From positions 1 to 49,852 of the forward strand of contig JACCLJ010000053.1 in assembly GCA_013425425.1 (NCBI GenBank): a stretch of DNA of 49,852 nt. Reading direction: 5' to 3'. The notes beneath the pieces were generated by a model, which searched no databases, was not told where the DNA came from, and saw only the letters and a list, made by a program, of their open reading frames with translations. The DNA is from Candidatus Micrarchaeota archaeon. Its GTDB lineage: Archaea; Micrarchaeota; Micrarchaeia; Anstonellales; Bilamarchaeaceae. Position 1 is the first letter of the stretch. Each line of letters begins with the position of its first letter. Of the stretch, positions 8,639-15,378 are shown piece by piece. The translations under genes and the position numbers were made by a program.

Positions 8639-9456
8639 TGCCGGTACTGCTGTTCACCTCCAACAACATCGCGAGCAGGAACATCGCAAAAATGCTGATT
8701 GAGAAGCATGGCTTCATTGCGAAAGGCGAAAACAGGTGGGAGAAAAACGGTGTTGCGCTCATCAACACGCACGCACCCTCCGTTCTTGAGGTGCCGACCG
8801 GTTTCGATACGGACTATCTTCTCGTGCTCAGCTCGCACAAGAGCAAAAGCGGGGAGAAGATGCTCACTGCGCATTTTCCGGGCAACTGGAACGAAGCGAA
8901 ATACGGCGGCGATGCGAAAACCCTGAACGTCGCATGCGGCAGCAGGCTGAAAATCCTCGTCCAGGAGCTCGCTAGGGCAAACAAGACAGCATGGCCGGTC
9001 GTCATGGAGGCAGACCATCACGGCCCGACCTGCAGCGTTCCGATTATTTTCGTTGAGATAGGAAGCACGGAAGAGGAATGGAGCGATCCTGCCGCGGCGG
9101 AATCCGTGGCGGTTGCAGTGGCGGCCAGCCTGATGCGGAATGAAAAATACGAATCGGTGCTCGGCATCGGGGGAGGCCATTATGCGAAGGAATTCACGAA
9201 ACTAATCCTCGAGACCGATTGCGCAGTTGGCCACATTGCGCCCAAATACACGCTCGATGCACTCGATGAAGCCGTGTTCAGGCAGGCGATTGAGAAAAAT
9301 GTCGAGCCTGTGAAGAAGGTCTTCGTCCTTAAGGAGAGCACGAACCGGGCGCACAAAAGAAAGATAGAAGAATTCTGCAGGATGCTCGGCCTGGAATACG
9401 CTGAAATGCAGGATAATCCGAATGCAGGCAAATCTAATACTCGGGGAATTTCGTAA
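8638..9456 (+). CDS. dtdA: Archaeal-type D-aminoacyl-tRNA deacylase
   Basis: LSSHKSKSGEKMLTAHFPGNW, EADHHGPT, IFVEIGS are characteristic of the DtdA family. Its start overlaps the stop of the previous gene. Confidence 0.85.
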   Translation: MPVLLFTSNNIASRNIAKMLIEKHGFIAKGENRWEKNGVALINTHAPSVLEVPTGFDTDYLLVLSSHKSKSGEKMLTAHFPGNWNEAKYGGDAKTLNVACGSRLKILVQELARANKTAWPVVMEADHHGPTCSVPIIFVEIGSTEEEWSDPAAAESVAVAVAASLMRNEKYESVLGIGGGHYAKEFTKLILETDCAVGHIAPKYTLDALDEAVFRQAIEKNVEPVKKVFVLKESTNRAHKRKIEEFCRMLGLEYAEMQDNPNAGKSNTRGIS

Positions 9457-10045
9457 GGTCTATGACCCCGACTCCCTTCCGTATTATCTTCTTGTTAACC
9501 AGGTCGACTACATCCGATGATTTCCTGTATCTGGTGGGTCCGTTGTCCACCGCAATGTCGGCCGCCTCCACTATCCCATTCCCTATCTCTTCAAATGCCG
9601 TCGGGGGCAGCTCGCCTGTCTTGTTAGCGCTCGTGCTCACTATCGGTTTAGCAACCTCCTCGCTCAGCCTGTTGCAGAAGTCCGATTCGGGAATCCTTAC
9701 GCCGAGCGTGCCATCGGAGCTCACCGGAAGCGGCTTATTCAGTTTCAGGATGAACGTATGCGGCCCGGGCAGGTATCTTTTCAGTATCATCTCCTCCCAC
9801 AGCCCTATCTCGCAGTATTCCTCTATCATGTTCATATCCGCCATCATGACCGAGAGCGGCTTATCGCTGCCCAGCCCCTTTATTTTCCTTACCCTATCCA
9901 CGGTTTCCTGCCTTGTCGCATCCCCTCCTATGCCGTAAACGGTATCAGTAGGATAGATGAGAACCTTGCCGCTGAGCACGGCATCCTTCGCACGATAAAG
10001 CGCGCGGTCGATGTCGCCGCCCGCATATCTTATTATCTCGGCCAT
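9434..10045 (-). CDS. tsaC: L-threonylcarbamoyladenylate synthase, short YrdC/TsaC-type
   Basis: LIYPTDTVYGIGGDA, KPLSVM, GVRIP, STSANKTG motifs. No Sua5 C-terminal domain. 23-nt convergent overlap with dtdA. Confidence 0.88.
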   Translation of the reverse strand: MAEIIRYAGGDIDRALYRAKDAVLSGKVLIYPTDTVYGIGGDATRQETVDRVRKIKGLGSDKPLSVMMADMNMIEEYCEIGLWEEMILKRYLPGPHTFILKLNKPLPVSSDGTLGVRIPESDFCNRLSEEVAKPIVSTSANKTGELPPTAFEEIGNGIVEAADIAVDNGPTRYRKSSDVVDLVNKKIIRKGVGVIDLTKFPEY

Positions 10046-11560
10046 CTAGACCCCTGCCGCTTCCTTGACTTTCTTCACTCCAAGCGCGTAGATCATCTTT
10101 CCGAGGCGCGGCCCCGCGTCCTTTCCTATCAGCCATCCGTAAATCTCCCTGAAAACCTCTTTAGCTTCGATGCCCTTCTCCTGCGCCACTGCGAATACCG
10201 CGTTGTGTATCGCTTCGGCATCCATGCCCGGCTCCAGCTTTGAAAGGAAATGTTTGACCAACCCGCCCGCCTTTTCCTTCATGCTTATCTCGAACATGTA
10301 CCGGTCAGGCACGAGCCCCCTCTCCATCCAGACGGACAGATACGGCTTGAGGAATCCGACTCCCCCGGCATCCCCTGAAAGCTCTCCGGCTTTTTTCCAG
10401 TCATGATATATATTGTAATAAAGGATGGCGTCGGCTATATCCGCTTTCCAAATTTTCTTCACTTCGCAAAGCTCGAATGCGATGAGCTTCTTGCGGTCCG
10501 CCCTGTTCGACACATCCTGCGTCTCGCGCATCTGCGAAACCCGCCTGAACTCATCGAGAAGCGGGAAAAGCGTTTCCTTGTCCATCACCAGTTCCTTGTC
10601 CTCCTGCACGTCCGGCCTGAACAGGACGTACTTTATGAGTTCCGGGGGCGCGAGCGTAAGCAGTTCGTTCACAGTATGGCCTATCCCCTTGCTCTTGCTG
10701 TATTTCTTGCCCTTGTATTTCAGGAGACCGAACTTGTAGAGATAGGGCGGCTCCTCGTTGTAGATTTTCCTGTGGATTGCGCAGACCGTGCTGAGCGTTC
10801 CGCCGGGCGAATGGTGGTCCACGCTTCCGCCCTCCACCACCACGTTCAGGAATTTCTGGCGGGTGGGCCAGTCGAGCCTGAAAAGCAGTTTGTAATGATG
10901 ATTCTCAATCCTGTCCTCTCCGGCGTGGCTGCATTTGCTGCATTTGTATTTATACCAGCCATCCTTGTATTCGAGCACGACATTCTTGTCTATATTTTTG
11001 CATTTTTCGCAGAGCGGGAGGAGCGGAAACCAGTCCGCCGGCATTGTTTCCCGCATCGAGCTTTCCTGGACGACCTTCTTCACCTCGTCCTTCCGTTCAC
11101 AGAGAATCCGCGCATACTTGTCGTACTTGCCTTTTGAATAAAGTTCGCTCGCCCTCACAAATTCCGGCTTTACTCCGAATGTCTTCATTATCTCAAGCGT
11201 CTCGGCGATGAAATGCTCCGCAAAGCTCTTGTGGCAGCCCTTCGGGTCGCGGGCGTATGCAAGCGGCATCCCCATGTCCTCCTTGATGGTCGCTTCATGT
11301 TCTTTCAGCGGCTCGGGTACGGAATCGAGCGCATCGAAATCGTCCGATATGAAAACGTAACTGGCCTTGCCATGCCTTTTCAGCTGCTCGCTTATGGCAT
11401 GCGCATAAAGGAATTCGCATAAAGTTCCGGGATGGACGGGTCCGCTGGGCGTTATGCCCGCGGCCACAACGAAAGGCGGCTTCCGCTCCCCAGCGACGTT
11501 TTTTGCTATGATTTCGGACCAGTGCATGTTCTTTATTTCTTCCTTTTCGCTCTCATCCAT
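10046..11560 (-). CDS. lysK: Lysyl-tRNA synthetase, class I
   Basis: TPSGPVHPGTLCEF (HIGH-region equivalent), cysteine cluster CEKC...CSKC, KYSKSKG (KMSKS equivalent). Its stop abuts the tsaC start with no gap. Confidence 0.9.
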   Translation of the reverse strand: MDESEKEEIKNMHWSEIIAKNVAGERKPPFVVAAGITPSGPVHPGTLCEFLYAHAISEQLKRHGKASYVFISDDFDALDSVPEPLKEHEATIKEDMGMPLAYARDPKGCHKSFAEHFIAETLEIMKTFGVKPEFVRASELYSKGKYDKYARILCERKDEVKKVVQESSMRETMPADWFPLLPLCEKCKNIDKNVVLEYKDGWYKYKCSKCSHAGEDRIENHHYKLLFRLDWPTRQKFLNVVVEGGSVDHHSPGGTLSTVCAIHRKIYNEEPPYLYKFGLLKYKGKKYSKSKGIGHTVNELLTLAPPELIKYVLFRPDVQEDKELVMDKETLFPLLDEFRRVSQMRETQDVSNRADRKKLIAFELCEVKKIWKADIADAILYYNIYHDWKKAGELSGDAGGVGFLKPYLSVWMERGLVPDRYMFEISMKEKAGGLVKHFLSKLEPGMDAEAIHNAVFAVAQEKGIEAKEVFREIYGWLIGKDAGPRLGKMIYALGVKKVKEAAGV

Positions 11561-11625
11561 GCCCGAATTAGCATAGGTACATTTTTAAAAAGGTTAATGA
11601 AGAAGAGGAATAAGAGGTTGATATT

Positions 11626-11952
11626 ATGGCAGAAGAAAAAAAGGTTCCAAAGGCAGAAGCGGCAGGCGAAACAGACCCGAAACTGCTGGCGCTTCTCGCG
11701 TACATTTTCTCATGGCTCGGGGGCTTGGTCGTATTCCTGATTTCGAAAGACAAATTCGCCAGGTTCCATGCGATGCAGTCTCTCATTCTCGGGGCGATTA
11801 CCCTGGTCTTGATGTTCATACCTATCTTGGGATGGATCATAGCCCCGTTTGTCTGGCTATATGGCATTTACGTAGGGATTGTCTATGCCTACAAAGGCCA
11901 TATGTACAAGATTCCGTACATAGGCGAATACGCCGAGAAATACGCAGGCTGA
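11626..11952 (+). CDS. DUF4870-type small membrane protein
   Basis: LLALLAYIFSWLGGLVVFLISKDKFARFHAMQSL signature, 3 TM helices, GAGG Shine-Dalgarno-like box upstream. Confidence 0.75.
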   Translation: MAEEKKVPKAEAAGETDPKLLALLAYIFSWLGGLVVFLISKDKFARFHAMQSLILGAITLVLMFIPILGWIIAPFVWLYGIYVGIVYAYKGHMYKIPYIGEYAEKYAG

Positions 11953-11969
11953 TGCTCAGGTGATTAAAC

Positions 11970-12047
11970 ATGGCAAAAAAGAAAAAAGCAACAAAAAAGA
12001 AGGCAAAGAAAACGACACCGGGAAAAGGATGCTGCTGCTGCCGCTAG
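11970..12047 (+). CDS. Candidate micro-protein (25 aa): MAKKKKATKKKAKKTTPGKGCCCCR
   Basis: ATG preceded by AGGTGA with a 6-nt spacer. The ORF is followed by an oligo-T tract. It is below the ORF-track size cutoff and was found by reading the intergenic sequence. Confidence 0.4.
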   Translation: MAKKKKATKKKAKKTTPGKGCCCCR

Positions 12048-12058
12048 CGCCGCATTAC

Positions 12059-12071
12059 TTTTCTTTTTTTT
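12059..12071 (+). terminator. Oligo-T tract (TTTTCTTTTTTTT)
   Basis: T-run directly after the DUF4870 gene and micro-ORF unit. Archaeal intrinsic termination uses oligo-T. Confidence 0.5.
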
Positions 12072-12084
12072 GATTTGATTCCCC

Positions 12085-12567
12085 ATGGCTGTCATTTCGG
12101 ATGATGCAAAGAAACAGCTCAGGAAACCCCTGGGAAAGGTTTACCCGGATGCCTCTTTTTTGAAAAATATGCGCAAAAGGATAATTTCGGTGGGCGACGA
12201 ATCCACGGCCAATGTCCTGAGGCTCGGGATAGTGCCGCATCTCGCGGTTTTCGATTTCAGGGTGATGCGGAAAAAAATCAGCGCGGCCAAAAAGCGCATG
12301 CTGCTCTCTTCATTCACAAGCGTCAGAAAATACCGCAACCGGAAGGGCACGCTTTCGGGCCGCATCCTTCGTGACGCAAAGCGCCTCCTGCGCGAGGGCG
12401 GGGCTGTGCTGATAGACGGGGAAGAGGACCTTACCGCGCTCGCGTTCATACTGGCCGGCGGAAAAAAGGACCTGGTGGTATACGGACAGCCGAAAACGGG
12501 CATGGTGGCCGTAAAGCCTGAAAAAGTGAAGAAAAAAATTAAGAAAATGCTGGGGCTTGCCCCTTAG
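12085..12567 (+). CDS. GTP-dependent dephospho-CoA kinase (DUF359 family)
   Basis: LRKPLGKVY, VGDESTANVLRLGIVPHLAVFD, IDGEEDLTALAFIL, VVYGQPKTGMVAV match the archaeal DPCK/DUF359 pattern. Confidence 0.8.
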   Translation: MAVISDDAKKQLRKPLGKVYPDASFLKNMRKRIISVGDESTANVLRLGIVPHLAVFDFRVMRKKISAAKKRMLLSSFTSVRKYRNRKGTLSGRILRDAKRLLREGGAVLIDGEEDLTALAFILAGGKKDLVVYGQPKTGMVAVKPEKVKKKIKKMLGLAP

Positions 12568-12743
12568 CCGCCGGAGCCTTTCGTCATAAAATATAACGAG
12601 GTGCCTGCCGATAATGTGAGCACCACGCCCAGTATTATCATCATGTCCTGCCCAAGCGGAACCAGTGTATTCACGAGGTAGATGACGCCTATCGCTATTG
12701 CTAAGCCGCCTATAATCGCAAAAACCTTCTGGAGACCGCCCAT
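12564..12743 (-). CDS. Small (59 aa) two-TM membrane protein
   Basis: Hand-translated: MGGLQKVFAIIGGLAIAIGVIYLVNTLVPLGQDMMIILGVVLTLSAGTSLYFMTKGSGG. Just below the track cutoff. Its stop overlaps the stop of the DPCK gene. Confidence 0.5.
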   Translation of the reverse strand: MGGLQKVFAIIGGLAIAIGVIYLVNTLVPLGQDMMIILGVVLTLSAGTSLYFMTKGSGG

Positions 12744-12755
12744 CTGCTATCCCTG

Positions 12756-13034
12756 CTAGCTTTCAATGGGTATCGTGGTCGGTCCCTTCATGACAACGAT
12801 GACATCCTCTACAGATTTCACGTTCTTGTACATTATGCTCTTTTCCCTGAGCGCCTTCTTGATCTCCTCTTTTCCGCCAGGCATCGGCTCGGTGAGTATC
12901 CTCAGCACTTCGCCCGTTTCAAAGTCAAGGATGAAGTCCTGCACGTTTCCGAGAAATTTCCCCGTATCGGTGAAAATCTCCATTCCGTATAGTTTTGACA
13001 GCTTGGTCGCCATATTAAACACCTTGAAACCCAT
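12756..13034 (-). CDS. PRC-barrel domain protein
   Basis: LYGMEIFTDTGKFLGNVQDFILDFETGEVLRIL is a typical PRC-barrel core. Start may be ATG 13013. Confidence 0.7.
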   Translation of the reverse strand: MGFKVFNMATKLSKLYGMEIFTDTGKFLGNVQDFILDFETGEVLRILTEPMPGGKEEIKKALREKSIMYKNVKSVEDVIVVMKGPTTIPIES

Positions 13035-13059
13035 TCTCCAATTTTAATTATAAATCTTT

Positions 13060-14319
13060 CTATGTCCCTTCCTGCCAGCTGTGGAGGTATCTGTCCTGCT
13101 CCTTCGTGAGCGCATCCTTCTTCACTCCCATTACTTCAAGCTGTAATTCCGCTATCTCATTGTCCAGCTCTTTGGGAAGTGTAATGACATTCGCACCCAA
13201 CTTTCCCTTATTCTTCACAAGGTATTCGCATGCAAGCGTCTGGCCTGCAAAAGAAGTCGCCATGACTTCGGACGGATGCCCCTCCGCAGCGCCCAGGTTC
13301 ACAAGCCGCCCTTCCGCAGCGAGGTAAACCTTCTTCCCGTCAACGTCGTATTCATCCAAGAACGGCCTTATCCTCCTCTTTTTCCATTTCTTGTTCATGC
13401 CGCCTACGTCGACTTCGTTGTCGAAATGTCCCGCATTCGCAAGAAGCGCGCCGCTCTTCATCGCCTTTACGTGCTCGGTTGTCAGCACGTGCTTGTCTCC
13501 GGTGACTGTAAGGAATATATCGCCAATCTTCACGGCATCCGCAACAGGCATAACCCGGTAGCCGTCAAGCACCGCCTGCATCGCCCTGAATGCGTCCACT
13601 TCCGTGACAACTACGTTCGCGCCCATCCCCTTCGCGCGCATCGCAACGCCCTTCCCGCAATCGCCATACCCGCAGACGACAAAAACAGTTCCCGCAATAA
13701 GGATGTTGCTCGCCCTGAGCAGCCCGTCAATCGCGGATTGCCCTGTCCCGTAATAATTGTCAAGCATGTGCTTCGTCTTATTGTCGTTCACCGCGATAAC
13801 CGGATATTTCAGCGCATTGTCCTTTGCCATCGCATGCAGCCTGATGATCCCAGTGGTCGTTTCCTCGCACCCGCCGATTATTCTCGGCAACAGGTCCTTG
13901 TGCTTCGTATGAATCGCAGTCACGAGGTCGCATCCGTCGTCTATGGTTATGTCCGGATTGTGCGCTATCACCGCTTCTATATACTTGTAATAATCATCCG
14001 TGCCCTCGCCCTTATAGCCGTAAACGGCAAACCCTTCTTTCGCAAGCGCTGCAGCCACGTCATCCTGCGTGCTGAGCGGATTGCAGCTCGCCACCGCCAC
14101 TTTCGCACCACCTGCAGCAAGCGTTTTCACAAGCACTGCGGTTTCCTTGGTTATGTGCAGCGCAAGCCCGATGGTCAGCCCCTTGAAAGGCTTCTCCCTG
14201 GCCACTCTCGCCTTTATCTTCGCCATGAGCGGCATGTGCGCTTCTGCGAACTCGATATTAAGCTTCCCCTGCTCTGCGAGCGATAAATCTTTGACTTCGT
14301 AATTCTCCGTCTTATCCAT
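13060..14319 (-). CDS. ahcY: S-adenosyl-L-homocysteine hydrolase
   Basis: Full-length match to adenosylhomocysteinase (YEVKDLSLAEQGK, HITKETAVL, CNPLSTQDDVAAAL, GYGDCGKG NAD site, GRLVNLG...GHPSEVM). ATG 14319 preferred over the track's GTG 14328. Confidence 0.93.
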   Translation of the reverse strand: MDKTENYEVKDLSLAEQGKLNIEFAEAHMPLMAKIKARVAREKPFKGLTIGLALHITKETAVLVKTLAAGGAKVAVASCNPLSTQDDVAAALAKEGFAVYGYKGEGTDDYYKYIEAVIAHNPDITIDDGCDLVTAIHTKHKDLLPRIIGGCEETTTGIIRLHAMAKDNALKYPVIAVNDNKTKHMLDNYYGTGQSAIDGLLRASNILIAGTVFVVCGYGDCGKGVAMRAKGMGANVVVTEVDAFRAMQAVLDGYRVMPVADAVKIGDIFLTVTGDKHVLTTEHVKAMKSGALLANAGHFDNEVDVGGMNKKWKKRRIRPFLDEYDVDGKKVYLAAEGRLVNLGAAEGHPSEVMATSFAGQTLACEYLVKNKGKLGANVITLPKELDNEIAELQLEVMGVKKDALTKEQDRYLHSWQEGT

Positions 14320-14388
14320 TAGCCTCACCTGGCATAAATTAGGGATTAATCTTTATTAAGTTTGGGTGCAGGCAACGCAGAAAAACAA

Positions 14389-15189
14389 TTAATCGTATCT
14401 TCCTTTCAGCACGTCGAGTATTACGTTTGCAGTAGTAACCGGCCTGTCCAGCGTCACAGTATGGTTTTTCGCACCCCTCATCTGGAAGACATTCGCGAGG
14501 TTCTCTTCCTTCAGCCTCTCTGCATCCAGGGTGGTGCAGAAGCAGTACATTTTTTCCCCGTGCAGAGCATAAAGCGACTTGTAATCTATCCGCCTCATCA
14601 GGCCGAGCCAGTCCTCCATCGCCTTGGACATGAATCCCGGTCCAGCCTGCACGGTCAGCTTTACGATGGCCTCGCGCGCCTCCATCACCGCATCCAAATC
14701 CGGATAGCCGGTTTTTCTTAACTCCCTCTTCGCGTTCCTTACGCTGAAGCCGCTCTGCGAGTCCAGGAATTTCCGGGCAACCAGCTCCATCGCAAGGCTT
14801 CGGAACAATGTGCATTCAACCTGCTTCAATATCTCTATCATGGCGGTGTGCGGTCCCATGTGCTCATCGCACTGCCCGGTATGCAATGAGCAGTTGAAGA
14901 ATATCATCCTGTTTATGTGTTTGGCCAGCTTCGGGTATTCCTGCAGCGCCATCAGCATTATCTCGCCGGGGTTTCCGTTTAGCACGACGCTGGCGTTATC
15001 CATCCCCTGCAGCTCATGTGCCAGTGTTTTAACGTACGGCATCAGCAGGTTCCCACGGTATCTCCTGAAGTCAACTTCAGGCTCGCCCATTATGCGTGCC
15101 CTGCAGCCCAGTTCTTCAAGCAGCTTCTTCACGATTCCGAAAAACAGTTTCGCGGTATTAGGAGCAATCGGCGAGGAAACGTAAAGCAC
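14389..15189 (-). CDS. Orphan protein with degenerate alpha/beta-hydrolase-like pattern
   Basis: GTG start. VVLNGNPGEIMLMAL occupies the nucleophile-elbow position with no Ser. The C-terminal YALHGEKMY...GAKNHTVTLDRP resembles the Asp/His end of the fold. No family recognised. Confidence 0.55.
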   Translation of the reverse strand: MLYVSSPIAPNTAKLFFGIVKKLLEELGCRARIMGEPEVDFRRYRGNLLMPYVKTLAHELQGMDNASVVLNGNPGEIMLMALQEYPKLAKHINRMIFFNCSLHTGQCDEHMGPHTAMIEILKQVECTLFRSLAMELVARKFLDSQSGFSVRNAKRELRKTGYPDLDAVMEAREAIVKLTVQAGPGFMSKAMEDWLGLMRRIDYKSLYALHGEKMYCFCTTLDAERLKEENLANVFQMRGAKNHTVTLDRPVTTANVILDVLKGRYD

Positions 15190-15313
15190 AGGTCCTTCTG
15201 TAAGGGGTTTACGTTTCCCTCTCCATCCGCACGCGGTGTTTCCCTGCCTGTATGTTTTCGAAACCTCGCGTTCTGTCCACTCCTTCCCTTTCGTATTCCC
15301 ACCCCTGATGGAT

Positions 15314-15349
15314 AATCTGTGTTAAACATTAGATGAAAATGTTTAAAAA
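15314..15349 (+). promoter_or_regulatory. Promoter/operator copy 1: ...AAACATTAGATGAAAATGTTTAAAAA (TATA = TTTAAAAA)
   Basis: 20-nt core at 15330-15349 is identical to 17869-17888. Contains the inverted repeat AAACATT-N7-AATGTTT. TATA ends 29 nt before ATG 15379. Confidence 0.65.
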
Positions 15350-15378
15350 ACGTCTGATACAAAGGTTAAACCGATATT

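Noticed and set aside
13276-14286. Long antisense ORFs opposite well-identified genes. Examples: 13276-14286 opposite ahcY, 22177-23862 opposite aCPSF1, 34322-35416 opposite topA, 4864-5997 opposite the ATPase, 40238-41164 and 40818-41738 opposite the thermosome, 46128-47192 opposite alaS, 37790-38620 opposite glmM, 30215-31150, and 48814-49641.
   Set aside because: Each lies fully inside a gene whose sense-strand product is unmistakable. Their translations are low-complexity Arg/Pro/Leu/Ser-rich strings with no recognisable motifs. Stop-poor antisense frames are expected from the codon bias of GC-moderate coding DNA.
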